A stretch of DNA of 64,000 nucleotides from Bacteroidota bacterium (GCA_043778045.1 JAYWGW010000059.1:552-64551), one strand, 5' to 3'. Positions 1 through 10,453 are shown, counted from the first letter of the stretch. The notes: generated from the sequence alone by a model not told the origin. Translations and numbers: made by a program.

Positions 1-71
1 ACAAAGTGTGTTGCGTACTGTTACTGCATATCACTATTTTTATTTACATTTACAAAAATAAATTAAATCTA

Positions 72-683
72 ATGAAAATCATCTGCATTGGTCGCAATTA
101 CGTAGATCATATATCTGAATTAAACAACGATCGGCCAGCAGAACCTGTAGTTTTTCTAAAGCCAGATTCAGCAGTTTTACTAAAGCAACAGCCATTTGTT
201 ATTCCAGCTTTTTCAGATGATATTCACCACGAAATTGAAGTAATCGTTCGCATAAACAAAGTCGGAAAACACATTGATGCGAAATTTGCACATAAATATT
301 ATGATGAAATAGGCGTTGGCATAGATTTTACCGCCAGGGATTTGCAAGAGCAATTAAAATCTAAAGGTTTGCCATGGGAAAAGTGTAAGGCATTTGACGG
401 GTCGGCAGTTATCGGCGATTTTATTTCAAAAACGGATTTACCAGCCATCGATAATTTAAATTTTGAGCTTAAGACAAATGGCATTTCGGTTCAAAAAGCA
501 TCTACAAAGCTTATGTTGTGGAATATTGATGCTTTAATTTCTAATGTTTCTCAATATTTTACACTCAAAATTGGTGATATTATTTTCACAGGAACACCCG
601 CAGGAGTAGCTCGGGTATATCCAAATGATAGTTTGGAAGGCTATCTTGAGGGACATAAACTATTTAAAATTATAGTAAAATAA
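72..683 (+). CDS. Fumarylacetoacetate hydrolase family protein
   Basis: MKIICIGRNY..H..E, HHEIE, KAFDGSA and GDIIFTGTPAGV motifs; ATG at 72 preferred over the ORF-track start at 6. Confidence 0.9.
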   Translation: MKIICIGRNYVDHISELNNDRPAEPVVFLKPDSAVLLKQQPFVIPAFSDDIHHEIEVIVRINKVGKHIDAKFAHKYYDEIGVGIDFTARDLQEQLKSKGLPWEKCKAFDGSAVIGDFISKTDLPAIDNLNFELKTNGISVQKASTKLMLWNIDALISNVSQYFTLKIGDIIFTGTPAGVARVYPNDSLEGYLEGHKLFKIIVK

Positions 684-687
684 TAGC

Positions 688-1029
688 ATGGCACTACATT
701 ATAATTTAGCAAAAGTTTACGAAATTTCTGAAAATGACCAAGAGTTTGTGCTTCAAATTGCAAATTTGTTTGTTTATGAAATTCCGCAAGATATGATTAT
801 ACTAAAAAAAGGAATAAATGATAAGGACTATAGCACTGCTCATGCCTATGCACATAAAATCAAACCAACACTTGATCTATTGGGAATGAAAGTTGGAGTA
901 GAAGAAATTATTTACATAGAAAATTGGGCTAAAAAAGAGGGCAAGAGAAAAGAAATTATTGAAACCTTCAAAAGTTTAGAAGAACGAATTGGCAAAGCAT
1001 TAAAAGAAATTTCTAAAGATTTATTATAA
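688..1029 (+). CDS. Stand-alone Hpt (histidine phosphotransfer) domain protein
   Basis: 113 aa helical protein with AHKIKPT (H-box-like AHxxKxx). Confidence 0.75.
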   Translation: MALHYNLAKVYEISENDQEFVLQIANLFVYEIPQDMIILKKGINDKDYSTAHAYAHKIKPTLDLLGMKVGVEEIIYIENWAKKEGKRKEIIETFKSLEERIGKALKEISKDLL

Positions 1030-1127
1030 ATAGTTTATATAATATTCAAAGAAAAATCTTTCACAAAAAGCATTTTTGGAGGTAATGTGACAAATAAAAG
1101 AAGATGCTCCAACGTAAATAAATATTC

Positions 1128-2381
1128 ATGAAAGCAGCAGTAGTAACTATCGGCGACGAAATACTAATCGGACAAATTGTAGATACCAATTCAGCGTTTA
1201 TTGCTTCAGCATTAGATAAAATAGGCGTACAAACAAATGAAATACTTTCTATTTCCGACGATAAAAAGCACATTTTAGATACATTCACTTCGCTTCAAAA
1301 TAAAGTCGATTTAGTGATTATTACAGGCGGACTTGGACCTACCAAAGACGATATAACAAAACACACAATTGCAGAATATTTCAACGATGTTTTAATCAGA
1401 AATCAAGCTGTTGAAGATCATGTTGTTGCGCTATTTGCAAACACCTTAAAGTTGCAAGCCAGCCAAGTCAATAAAGATCAGGCCTTGGTTCCATCGCAAT
1501 GTCAAATCTTATTTAACGCCGTTGGTACAGCCCCAGGCATGTGGATTAAAAAAGAAAATACGGTTTTTGTTTCCATGCCTGGCGTGCCTTATGAAATGAA
1601 ACATATCGTTGAAAATCAACTGATTCCAAAAATTGTGAAAGAATATGAGCGTCCTTATATTGTTCATAAAACAATTTTAACATACGGTCAAGGAGAAAGC
1701 ATTATTGCGGAACGCATTGTGGATTTTGAAAATAATTTACCCGAATTCATAAAATTGGCCTATTTGCCCAGTCCAGGTCGCGTACGCCTACGTTTAACAG
1801 GGCGAGGCACCGACAAAATTGTTTTAGAAAACGCTATCGAAGATTTAGTTCGAGAACTCGATATATTAATAGGAGACATCATCATTGGCTACAACGACAA
1901 CGAAACCATCGAGGTGATGCTTGGCAGACTTTTAACTCAAAAAAACTTGACAGTTTCTACTGCGGAAAGTTGCACAGGCGGAAAAATCGCTCAAAAATTT
2001 ACCAGCATAATCGGAAGTTCGGCCTATTTTAAAGGCAGTATCGTAAGTTATGCCACACAAACCAAAATTGACGTTCTTAAAATTCCGTCCGAGTTAATCC
2101 AAAAGCATAGCGTCGTTAGTGCACAAGTCGCAACTGCCATGGCACAATCTGTTCAAATACTTATGAAAACGGATTATTGCATTTCCACAACGGGCGAAGC
2201 AGGACCAACTCGTGGCGATAGCAACGCAACATTAGGTACCGTTTTTATAGCAATTGCAACGCCAAAAGACGTGTTTGTGGAAGAGTTTACCTTCGGTCAA
2301 CCGCGCGAAAAAGTAATTGACAGAGCCGTAAGCAAAGCATTTGAAATGCTACATAAAGAAATTTTAAAAAATGGCAAATAA
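1128..2381 (+). CDS. cinA: Competence/damage-inducible protein A (MoCF-binding domain + PncC/NMN deamidase domain)
   Basis: [26 protein letters not shown] and TAESCTGG motifs. Confidence 0.93.
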   Translation: MKAAVVTIGDEILIGQIVDTNSAFIASALDKIGVQTNEILSISDDKKHILDTFTSLQNKVDLVIITGGLGPTKDDITKHTIAEYFNDVLIRNQAVEDHVVALFANTLKLQASQVNKDQALVPSQCQILFNAVGTAPGMWIKKENTVFVSMPGVPYEMKHIVENQLIPKIVKEYERPYIVHKTILTYGQGESIIAERIVDFENNLPEFIKLAYLPSPGRVRLRLTGRGTDKIVLENAIEDLVRELDILIGDIIIGYNDNETIEVMLGRLLTQKNLTVSTAESCTGGKIAQKFTSIIGSSAYFKGSIVSYATQTKIDVLKIPSELIQKHSVVSAQVATAMAQSVQILMKTDYCISTTGEAGPTRGDSNATLGTVFIAIATPKDVFVEEFTFGQPREKVIDRAVSKAFEMLHKEILKNGK

Positions 2382-2450
2382 AATTTTGCATAATCATAAA
2401 AATTTCCTTTCTTTGCACCCTCGAATTGAATAACGATAAAAGATAAGATA

Positions 2451-2687
2451 ATGTCAAGAGTGTGCGACCTTACAGGTAAAAGAGCAATGGTAGGAAACAA
2501 TGTTTCGCATGCCATGAACAAAACCAAAAGAAAGTTTTCTGTAAACTTACTAAAAAAACGTTTTTACCTTGCAGATGAAGACCGTTGGATAACCCTTCGT
2601 GTGGCCGCATCAACAATAAAAACCATCAACAAAAACGGAATCGCTGCAGTTTTGAAAAAAGCGCAACAACAAGGATTTATTAAATAA
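2451..2687 (+). CDS. rpmB: 50S ribosomal protein bL28
   Basis: [10 protein letters not shown]...[15 protein letters not shown]. Confidence 0.97.
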   Translation: MSRVCDLTGKRAMVGNNVSHAMNKTKRKFSVNLLKKRFYLADEDRWITLRVAASTIKTINKNGIAAVLKKAQQQGFIK

Positions 2688-2721
2688 TTGTTCCCTTCTT
2701 GGGATTATAATATTCATCAAA

Positions 2722-2904
2722 ATGGCTAAGAAAGGCAATAGAATACAAGTTATTTTAGAATGTACCGAGCACAAAACAACAGGTGTTGCAGGAACTTCTC
2801 GATACATTACAACCAAAAACAAAAAAAACACACCAGATAGATTAGAAATTAAAAAATTCAATCCAATTTTGAAGCGTGTAACCGTTCATAAAGAAATTAA
2901 ATAA
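2722..2904 (+). CDS. rpmG: 50S ribosomal protein bL33
   Basis: [22 protein letters not shown]...HKEIK. Confidence 0.97.
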   Translation: MAKKGNRIQVILECTEHKTTGVAGTSRYITTKNKKNTPDRLEIKKFNPILKRVTVHKEIK

Positions 2905-2913
2905 AAACATACC

Positions 2914-3066
2914 ATGGCAAAGAAAACCGTAGCATCGTTGCAAACAGCTTCAAAAAGATTATCAAAAGCTATAAAAATGATTAAGTCACCAAAAACAGGT
3001 GCTTATACTTTTGTAGAGTCAATCATGTCACCAGAAGCCGTTGATGAATTCTTGAAAAAGAAATAA
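2914..3066 (+). CDS. DUF4295 family small basic protein (probable ribosomal protein bL38); below the ORF-track cutoff
   Basis: Manual translation MAKKTVASLQTASKRLSKAIKMIKSPKTGAYTFVESIMSPEAVDEFLKKK*, directly after rpmG and before a terminator. Confidence 0.85.
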   Translation: MAKKTVASLQTASKRLSKAIKMIKSPKTGAYTFVESIMSPEAVDEFLKKK

Positions 3067-3086
3067 TTCGTACCTTATCAATATAT

Positions 3087-3120
3087 AAAAGCTACTTTCA
3101 TTCGGAAGTAGCTTTTTTAT
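3087..3120 (+). terminator. Intrinsic terminator of rpmB-rpmG-DUF4295
   Basis: aaaagctactt-tcattcgg-aagtagctttt inverted repeat followed by a T tract. Confidence 0.85.
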
Positions 3121-3124
3121 TTTT

Positions 3125-3132
3125 TATATTTG
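3125..3132 (+). promoter_or_regulatory. Bacteroidota -7 promoter element (TAnnTTTG) upstream of ftsY
   Basis: TATATTTG just after the terminator. Confidence 0.5.
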
Positions 3133-3174
3133 CTAAAGATTAATATGAATTATTTTTTTAAGTAATGATTTTTT

Positions 3175-3281
3175 GGAGCTTTTTCCCGCTATCCGCTATA
3201 TCTTTTTGGCCATTCCCAATGCCGTCGAGAGGCCAAAAAGGACATGTTCGCCGCAGGTTAATACCGCTTCTATCGGGGCTA
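3175..3281 (+). repeat. REP/MITE-like modular palindromic element, copy A
   Basis: ggagc..cccgctatccgctatatc-tttttggcc..ggccaaaaagga..taccgcttctatcggggct; same architecture as 43713, 48791, 56308 and 62834. Confidence 0.75.
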
Positions 3282-3455
3282 TTCTAATGTTGGATTTTAT
3301 CTTTAAGATGGGGTTTGTTGAAGTAGTTATAAGTAATCAATAAAATAAATATAATAACAGGAAAATGTATAATTGATATTTCCACGAATCAAATTATAAT
3401 TGTTCAGCACATAACTTTCAAACTTTAGACTTTCCAACTTTAAGACTATTAAAAA

Positions 3456-4409
3456 ATGAGCTTTTTCAAAAAACTATTCTCTTCCGAAAAAAAAGAAACT
3501 TTAGACAAAGGTTTAGAGAAAAGCAAAACCAGTTTTTTTGGAAAACTCACTAAAGCCGTTGCCGGAAAATCCAAAGTTGACGAAGATGTGCTTGACAATC
3601 TTGAAGAAATTCTTATAGCATCAGACGTGGGCGTAAACACCACACTCAAAATCATCAATCGCATAGAAAAGCGCGTTGCCGACGATAAATATGTTGGAAC
3701 AGACGAATTAAACAACATTCTTAAAGAAGAAATTGCCAGTTTACTTTCAGAAACCAATACAGGCGAAGCCACAGAATTTGACATTCCAAAAACCTCGAAA
3801 CCCTATGTTTTGATGGTCGTAGGCGTAAACGGCGTTGGAAAAACCACCACAATTGGCAAACTTGCAAGTCAATTCACAAAACAAGGATACAAGGTTGTGC
3901 TTGGTGCCGCAGACACGTTTCGTGCTGCCGCAATTGATCAATTGCAAGTTTGGGCTGATAGGACGGGGGTTCCGCTCGTGAAACAACAAATGGGAAGCGA
4001 TCCGGCATCCGTAGCTTTCGATACTTTGCAAAGTGCCGTTTCTCAAAATGCTGATATTGTGATTATTGACACTGCAGGTCGATTGCACAACAAAATTAAC
4101 CTCATGAACGAGCTTACGAAAGTAAAACGCGTGATGCAAAAAGTTGTTGCCGATGCGCCACACGACGTCATGTTAGTCCTCGACGGATCCACAGGTCAAA
4201 ACGCTTTTGAGCAAGCCAAACAATTTACCGTAGCGACGGAAGTAACTTGCCTTGCTGTAACAAAATTAGACGGGACAGCCAAAGGTGGAGTTGTAATCGG
4301 AATTTCAGATCAATTTCAAATTCCAGTAAAATATATTGGAGTAGGAGAGGGCATTGACGATTTGCAAGTCTTCAACAAACACGAATTCGTAGATTCCTTC
4401 TTTAAATAA
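3456..4409 (+). CDS. ftsY: Signal recognition particle receptor FtsY
   Basis: GVNGVGKTTTIGKLA, DTFRAAA, DTAGRLH and TKLDGTAKGG motifs. Confidence 0.97.
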   Translation: MSFFKKLFSSEKKETLDKGLEKSKTSFFGKLTKAVAGKSKVDEDVLDNLEEILIASDVGVNTTLKIINRIEKRVADDKYVGTDELNNILKEEIASLLSETNTGEATEFDIPKTSKPYVLMVVGVNGVGKTTTIGKLASQFTKQGYKVVLGAADTFRAAAIDQLQVWADRTGVPLVKQQMGSDPASVAFDTLQSAVSQNADIVIIDTAGRLHNKINLMNELTKVKRVMQKVVADAPHDVMLVLDGSTGQNAFEQAKQFTVATEVTCLAVTKLDGTAKGGVVIGISDQFQIPVKYIGVGEGIDDLQVFNKHEFVDSFFK

Positions 4410-4414
4410 ATCGC

Positions 4415-4582
4415 ATGAATTTACTCAAAAATACATCGGCGATTACATTTTATTTCGTGAGCATGATTTGCTTTTTGATTGGATACCTGATAAAAAGCAC
4501 GCAACCTATTTTTTACGTTATCGCCATGATTCTTGGTGTCATTCTACTAATCGTAGGTTTCTTGAGACGAACAAATAAATAG
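4415..4582 (+). CDS. Small two-TM membrane protein (55 aa), not in the ORF track
   Basis: MNLLKNTSAITFYFVSMICFLIGYLIKSTQPIFYVIAMILGVILLIVGFLRRTNK*; starts 5 nt after the ftsY stop. Confidence 0.6.
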   Translation: MNLLKNTSAITFYFVSMICFLIGYLIKSTQPIFYVIAMILGVILLIVGFLRRTNK

Positions 4583-4589
4583 GGTGGAA

Positions 4590-4745
4590 GCTTTTAGCTT
4601 TTAGCGATTTGCTTTTAGCAATTAGCAGTCAGCGGTTACGGATCAAATATGTACTGAGCACCGCAAAACAATCGTTAATTAATAATCTTCATTCGTTAAT
4701 TGATAAAAATCAAAAATCAAAAATCAAAAATCAACATTCAAAAAT
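4590..4745. repeat. Degenerate heptamer arrays between convergent genes
   Basis: gctttta-like units at 4590-4633; four perfect aaaatca copies at 4706-4733. Confidence 0.75.
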
Positions 4746-5546
4746 CTAAAACCCTCGTTGTCGTTTCGCCTCAAACACTAATATTGCAGTCGCAACAGAC
4801 ACATTCATCGAGTCTATAGTGCCTTGCATTGGAATTATAATGTTTTGCTTGGCAACATTTCGCCATTCGTTGGTCAGTCCAGTTGCTTCTGTGCCAACAA
4901 CCACAGCAGTTGCCGCTGTGAAATTTTGCGTGTGATACGGTACAGAATTTTGCAAAGTTGCTGCGTAAATATCAATGTTTTTTGACTTCAAATAAAAAAT
5001 GATTTCCGCATTAGTTCCCACCGCAATTTGATTCGTAAACAAACACCCAACGCTCGACCTGATAAGATTTGGATTATACAAATCTGATTTTGGATTGGCA
5101 ATAATCACCGCGTCAATGTTAGCAGCATCTGCCGTCCGCAAAATGGCACCAATGTTTCCAGGCTTTTCCAAAGATTCTAAAACTAAAACAAGTGGATTTT
5201 GTGGAAGTAGGAGATTTTTAAGTTCGTGGGTTTTACTTTTTGCAATAGCGATAATACCTTCTGTTGTATCTCGATAAGCGAGTTTTTGATAGACTTCTTT
5301 GGAGATTTCTATAATTTCAGCAACATTTTGAAACTCTTTTATATTATCAACATCAATAAAATTGGCACAAAACAGCATTGTTTCAATTTCATATTTGCCC
5401 GCAATTGCCAGTTCAATTTCGCGTTTGCCTTCAATCAGAAACGTACCAGTTGTTTTTCTAATTTTTGATTTCTCTTGCAAAAGCAAAATTGATTTTATAA
5501 ATGTATTCTGAACCGAACTGATTTGTTTCATGCGATTTTTGTTCAA
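4746..5546 (-). CDS. TrmH/SpoU family RNA 2'-O-methyltransferase
   Basis: EKPGNIGAILRTADAA, GTEATGL and IIIPMQGTIDSMNVSVA motifs; real start may be MKQISS at 5531. Confidence 0.92.
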   Translation of the reverse strand: MNKNRMKQISSVQNTFIKSILLLQEKSKIRKTTGTFLIEGKREIELAIAGKYEIETMLFCANFIDVDNIKEFQNVAEIIEISKEVYQKLAYRDTTEGIIAIAKSKTHELKNLLLPQNPLVLVLESLEKPGNIGAILRTADAANIDAVIIANPKSDLYNPNLIRSSVGCLFTNQIAVGTNAEIIFYLKSKNIDIYAATLQNSVPYHTQNFTAATAVVVGTEATGLTNEWRNVAKQNIIIPMQGTIDSMNVSVATAILVFEAKRQRGF

Positions 5547-5575
5547 AATTAAGAAATCAAAACTATCAAAAACAT

Positions 5576-6502
5576 TTATTCGTCAGTTTTTAAAGTATTT
5601 TCTGCTGCAATTTCCTCAGTTTTTGGTTTTGTAACTTCTTGATTTTTATTTCCAAAAAAGAATTTCTTAACGGCGGCAAAAGCAGCGATTATTCCAATGA
5701 CGATAAACTTACCGAATTTAGCAATAATTGCAAAAAAACCAACTTTAGCTAACACTTTTCCAGCTACCAAACCGCCTATTGTCCAAGCAGCAACACTATC
5801 TGTGCTTGAATCGAAATTAGCATATTTTTCGCCTTCATTATATTGTATACTTGTCAAAACATTGGAGATACTTTTTTTAATCTCTGGCAATTGTTTTATA
5901 GATCCTACTGCTGACAGCACATAAACGCCTTTTCTTCCTAAAACTCTTAAGTCATAGTTTAGCGTATTGATGGAATCTTTGTTGAATTTCAGTTCTTTTG
6001 CCCAATGTAAAACCTTTAATTTTTCGTCATAAAATGGTTTTGAAGCCCAGCCAACAAGTTGCATCGTTCCATATCCAGCCTTTTCGCGTTCAACGCTTTG
6101 TGCGCTAATGTCAGTTTTCATTTCTGTAAGCAATTCTTCATAATTTACGTCTTTCGCATCGTCGTCTTTTACAAATCCCATTGGATCAAAACTTATCGTA
6201 AACAACCAGCAATCAGAGTAAGTAATTCCTGTGTTTTCGGGAACGATTGCGCCTTGAATGCTTGCATCTTCAGGATTTCCCCATAAATCGTGAAGCACAT
6301 ATTGCGCTTGTTTTGCATCAATAAACTTAAATCCTTTTGGCACATTTAGTGATGCGTTTCCAGCTTCAAGTTTGATAACGCCAGTTTGATACACCATTGA
6401 TTTTTCAACTTTTTCAAAATCAATCTTAGTTTCTTTTTCATCTTGTGCAAAAAACGTTGTTGTGAAAAATAATGTAAATAAAAATTGTAGTAGTTTTTTC
6501 AT
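5576..6502 (-). CDS. DUF2167 family membrane-anchored protein
   Basis: Signal peptide, LWGNP, GWASKPFYD..LHWAKEL, LNYDLRVLGRKG and C-terminal WTIGGLVAG TM segment. Confidence 0.85.
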   Translation of the reverse strand: MKKLLQFLFTLFFTTTFFAQDEKETKIDFEKVEKSMVYQTGVIKLEAGNASLNVPKGFKFIDAKQAQYVLHDLWGNPEDASIQGAIVPENTGITYSDCWLFTISFDPMGFVKDDDAKDVNYEELLTEMKTDISAQSVEREKAGYGTMQLVGWASKPFYDEKLKVLHWAKELKFNKDSINTLNYDLRVLGRKGVYVLSAVGSIKQLPEIKKSISNVLTSIQYNEGEKYANFDSSTDSVAAWTIGGLVAGKVLAKVGFFAIIAKFGKFIVIGIIAAFAAVKKFFFGNKNQEVTKPKTEEIAAENTLKTDE

Positions 6503-6636
6503 TTTGTCTGTATGGATTAAACGTTTGGTTAATTTTAGTAAACGTATTAAATTGTAAACAACTTTCCAAATTTGGATATAAATGAATTGTTATATTCAAA
6601 AAACCATATTTCATTTCCCACATTGGTTTATAATAT

Positions 6637-6644
6637 TATATTTG
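6637..6644 (+). promoter_or_regulatory. -7 promoter element upstream of dapD
   Basis: TATATTTG about 20 nt before the ATG at 6666. Confidence 0.5.
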
Positions 6645-6665
6645 TATGCAAATACTCTAAAATTT

Positions 6666-7481
6666 ATGGAAGCTCTCAGAATCATTATAGAAAATGCATG
6701 GAACGATAGGGCTTTGCTTCAAACCGCGCATACCACAACCGCAATTCGCGAAGTCATTGATTTGTTAGATTCAGGAACTTTGCGTGTTGCTGAACCAACA
6801 CTAAACGGTTGGCAAGTAAACGAATGGATCAAAAAAGCAGTTGTTCTTTATTTTCCGATTCAAAAAATGGAAACTTTTGAGGTTGGAATTTTTGAATATC
6901 ACGACAAAATTCCACTTAAACGAAACTATGCTGAAAAAGGAATTCGTGTCGTTCCAAATGCGGTTGCCCGCCATGGCGCATACATTTCAAAAGGTGTAAT
7001 TCTGATGCCAAGCTACGTCAATATTGGTTCGTACATTGACGAAGGTACAATGGTCGACACCTGGGCGACCGTTGGCAGTTGCGCACAAATTGGCAAAAAC
7101 GTACATCTTAGTGGCGGCGTTGGCATCGGTGGCGTTCTCGAACCTTTGCAAGCCTCGCCAGTTATTGTGGAAGATGGCGCGTTTATTGGCTCGCGTTGCA
7201 TCATTGTAGAAGGTGTTCGGATTGAAAAAGAAGCCGTTTTGGGTGCAAATGTCTGTCTGACAGCATCCACAAAAATTATTGATGTAACGGGCGACACAGC
7301 AGTAGAATATAAAGGTTATGTGCCGGCACGTTCAGTTGTTATTCCGGGAAGCTACACAAAGCGTTTTCCTGCAGGCGATTTTCAAGTACCCTGCGCTTTG
7401 ATTATCGGACAACGAAAAGCGTCCACAGATCTGAAAACCAGCCTTAATGATGCGCTTCGCGAATACGATGTTGCGGTATAA
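6666..7481 (+). CDS. dapD: 2,3,4,5-tetrahydropyridine-2,6-dicarboxylate N-succinyltransferase
   Basis: WQVNEWIKKAVVLYF, MPSYVNIG.Y, MVDTWATVGSCAQIG; ATG at 6666. Confidence 0.96.
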   Translation: MEALRIIIENAWNDRALLQTAHTTTAIREVIDLLDSGTLRVAEPTLNGWQVNEWIKKAVVLYFPIQKMETFEVGIFEYHDKIPLKRNYAEKGIRVVPNAVARHGAYISKGVILMPSYVNIGSYIDEGTMVDTWATVGSCAQIGKNVHLSGGVGIGGVLEPLQASPVIVEDGAFIGSRCIIVEGVRIEKEAVLGANVCLTASTKIIDVTGDTAVEYKGYVPARSVVIPGSYTKRFPAGDFQVPCALIIGQRKASTDLKTSLNDALREYDVAV

Positions 7482-7534
7482 AACATGTTTATATTTTAAT
7501 TTTGTAAATAATTATATAGTTGATAAAAAAATAA

Positions 7535-8701
7535 ATGGCAAGTAATTTCTTTTTAAAAACCTTACAAATTTTCTTTTTTAATAAAAGAAATATAATCGGT
7601 ATGTACGTTGTTTTGGGAATTGTTACCGCAATCTTGAAATATACAAATAATACCTATAACAACTATTTGATATTTAGAAACGTATATCATCATTTTGTAG
7701 GGTCGACAAATTTATATTCGGAATACCCTTCACAATACTTTGACACCAATCATTATGGACCATTTTTTGCAATTATTATAGCGCCATTTGCGTTATTCCC
7801 AGATTGGTTAGGATGTGTTTTATGGAATGTATTTAATGTGTTGATTTTAATTCTTGCTATTTTTAAATTGCCATTAACTGAAAAGCACCAAAAAACAGTT
7901 GCCCTACTTTGTATAAATGAAGTTGCAACTGCACTGTTTTCTTATCAATTTAATGTTGCAATAACAGGAATGTTATTATTTACATTTATTTTTTTAGAAA
8001 AAAACAAACTTTTTTTGTCAAGTATAACAATCATAATAGCTACGTTGACAAAGCTTTATGGTGTAATTGGATTTGCTTTTTTCTTTTTTATAAAAAACAA
8101 ACCAAAATTTATAATGATATTTGTCATTACTTTGGTGTCTCTGATTTTTTTGCCTTCAATTTTATCGAATCCAACGTTTTTGTTACAAAGTTATATTGAC
8201 TGGAAAGTTTCTCTACTTGAAAAAGCTGATTTTAACACAACCAGCTCAATGGCAGACATTTCATTATTCGGACTTATAAGTGCTTGGTTTGGTTTAAAAA
8301 TTAACGTTTTATATGGTTTGCTAATAGGAGCGTCGGTGCTTGCCATTGCGTTGTTGAGAAAAAACCAACATGATTATTTAATTTATAGGATATTGATTTT
8401 ATGCAATACGTTACTTTGTATCGTACTTTTTAATACTAATGTTGAATCACCGACATTTGTTATAGCATTTTTAGGAATTGCAATTTGGTACGTAACTGTG
8501 CCAAAAACAAATTGGATTAATTTTTTATTGATTTTTGCTATTGTTCTTACAAGTTTGTCGGCTACTGATTTGTTTCCAAAAGTTTTAAAAACCATGTATA
8601 TTCAGCCTTTAAAATTAAAAGTTTTGCCTTGTATATTTATTTGGATTGATATTTCATGTAGATTAATAAAGCATGAATTTTCAAAGTATCCTGTTAATTA
8701 A
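7535..8701 (+). CDS. GT-C fold membrane glycosyltransferase (GT87/DUF2029-like)
   Basis: Multi-TM protein with YNNYLIF, NLYSEYP, HYGPFFAIIIAPF and TKLYG motifs. Confidence 0.75.
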   Translation: MASNFFLKTLQIFFFNKRNIIGMYVVLGIVTAILKYTNNTYNNYLIFRNVYHHFVGSTNLYSEYPSQYFDTNHYGPFFAIIIAPFALFPDWLGCVLWNVFNVLILILAIFKLPLTEKHQKTVALLCINEVATALFSYQFNVAITGMLLFTFIFLEKNKLFLSSITIIIATLTKLYGVIGFAFFFFIKNKPKFIMIFVITLVSLIFLPSILSNPTFLLQSYIDWKVSLLEKADFNTTSSMADISLFGLISAWFGLKINVLYGLLIGASVLAIALLRKNQHDYLIYRILILCNTLLCIVLFNTNVESPTFVIAFLGIAIWYVTVPKTNWINFLLIFAIVLTSLSATDLFPKVLKTMYIQPLKLKVLPCIFIWIDISCRLIKHEFSKYPVN

Positions 8702-8709
8702 CGAATAGT

Positions 8710-9444
8710 ATGATTGAATTAAAAAAAGATATTGAATTAAAAAACTGGAATGTTTTTTGGGAAAAATCTCCAGATGGATTTAACGAAATTATGCAAAAGT
8801 CAACCGCTTTTGTTGGAAAAAAGTTATTAGATTTGAAAATTGTAGATAGCAATAGTGCAATTTTGGATTTTGGTTGCGGACCTGGTTTTTTGGTTGATTG
8901 TATAAAAGATAGCGCGAAATCAATTGTAGGAATTGATATTTCGGAAGCTTATATCGATATTTGTAAAAACAAGTTTAAGACTAATAATAACTTAAGTTTT
9001 GAAGTTATAAAACCTTATGATGTTACAAAATTATCAGAAATTATTCAAAATAAAAATGTTGATACCATAATAATATTAAGTACTTTACAATATTACAACA
9101 CTGAAAAAGATGTTGAAAATTTGATATTATCCTTGAAGAATGCATCTGACAACCAAAAATTCAGTTGTATTATTGCAGATATCATCCCAAAAAAACATTC
9201 TTTTCTTTCAGATGTAAAAGATTTAATTTTGTATTCAACAAAAAAAGGCTTTTTAAAAATCCTGTTTAGATTTATATTGTACACTTTCAATTCTGAATAT
9301 AGCAAATACAAAAAGAAAGGACTTTTAGAACTGGACTATTCATTTTTTGAAAAAGTGGCATTTGAAAATAATATTACAGTTACCAAAATGCAACAAATAA
9401 CTATTCATTCGAAAAGATACAGTATTTGTTTACATTTTAACTAA
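8710..9444 (+). CDS. Class I SAM-dependent methyltransferase
   Basis: ILDFGCGPG, GIDIS and LSTLQY motifs. Confidence 0.8.
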   Translation: MIELKKDIELKNWNVFWEKSPDGFNEIMQKSTAFVGKKLLDLKIVDSNSAILDFGCGPGFLVDCIKDSAKSIVGIDISEAYIDICKNKFKTNNNLSFEVIKPYDVTKLSEIIQNKNVDTIIILSTLQYYNTEKDVENLILSLKNASDNQKFSCIIADIIPKKHSFLSDVKDLILYSTKKGFLKILFRFILYTFNSEYSKYKKKGLLELDYSFFEKVAFENNITVTKMQQITIHSKRYSICLHFN

Positions 9445-9511
9445 ATGCATTATTTAATTATTTTGAAAACTTTAGATCAATCCAAAATTTAAATTCTGAA
9501 TTAAAATAAAT

Positions 9512-10453
9512 ATGAATCAAAAATTAGTAAGTATTTTAATTCCTTGTTTTAATGAAGAGCAAAACATTAAAAAAATTACCGATGAAATTGCTGTTGTATT
9601 TAAAGATACTGACTTATTGTATGAAATTATTTTTATCGACGATGGAAGCAATGACGGATCAATTACGATTATAAATGAAATCGTTTTGCAAAACAACAAT
9701 ATTAAATTTATTGAATTCTCTCGAAATTTCGGAAAAGATTTTGCGTTAAAAGCAGGTGTGGATTTTTCAAATGCAGACGCTATTGTAATGATAGACGCCG
9801 ATATGCAACATCCACCAAAATTAATTTTGCAAATGATTGACAAGTGGAACGACGGCTTTGAGGTTGTCTACGCGTTTAGAAGTATAAACAACCCGGACGC
9901 AAATTTTATCAACCGATTTTTTTCTAAAACATTCTACAAGTTAGTTAATTTACTGTCAGATATTAATTTAGAGAATGGCATTGCGGATTATAGATTAATT
10001 GATAGAAAAGTAATCAACTCATTAAAAAAAATTGATGAAAATGAACTTTTTTTACGAGGTATGGTAAAATGGATTGGTTTCAAACAAGTTGGTATTCCTT
10101 ATAAACCTGAACAAAGATTAAATGGCGAGACTACATATTCCACAAAATCATTGTTTAAATTAGCAATTCACGGATTAACATCTTTTAGCACAAAGCCTCT
10201 CTATTTATCAATAGTTTTAGGGTTGTCTCTCTCTTTTATTGCGTTTATTTTGTATGTGTTTTATGTTTTTTACAGTGTTTATTTCGATCTCGCGATCTCT
10301 GGATGGGCATCGGTTATTTTCACAATTGTACTTTTTGGTGGTTTAAATCTTATCGTTTTAGGAATCATTGGTGTGTATGTTGGCAAACTTTTTATGCAGT
10401 CGAAAAATCGTCCAAACTATATTGTCAGAAATACAAATATCCAAAAATTATGA
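9512..10453 (+). CDS. GT2 polyprenol-phosphate glycosyltransferase (GtrB/ArnC-like)
   Basis: IPCFNEE, IDDGSND, SRNFGK, DADMQHPP and DYRLIDR motifs; two C-terminal TM helices. Confidence 0.88.
   Translation: MNQKLVSILIPCFNEEQNIKKITDEIAVVFKDTDLLYEIIFIDDGSNDGSITIINEIVLQNNNIKFIEFSRNFGKDFALKAGVDFSNADAIVMIDADMQHPPKLILQMIDKWNDGFEVVYAFRSINNPDANFINRFFSKTFYKLVNLLSDINLENGIADYRLIDRKVINSLKKIDENELFLRGMVKWIGFKQVGIPYKPEQRLNGETTYSTKSLFKLAIHGLTSFSTKPLYLSIVLGLSLSFIAFILYVFYVFYSVYFDLAISGWASVIFTIVLFGGLNLIVLGIIGVYVGKLFMQSKNRPNYIVRNTNIQKL

Noticed and set aside
6-71. N-terminal extensions in the ORF track (6-71, 6582-6665, 10303-10449, 17545-17694, 27160-27198, 54128-54205)
   Set aside because: Downstream ATGs match family N-termini; the extensions run through promoters or neighbouring genes
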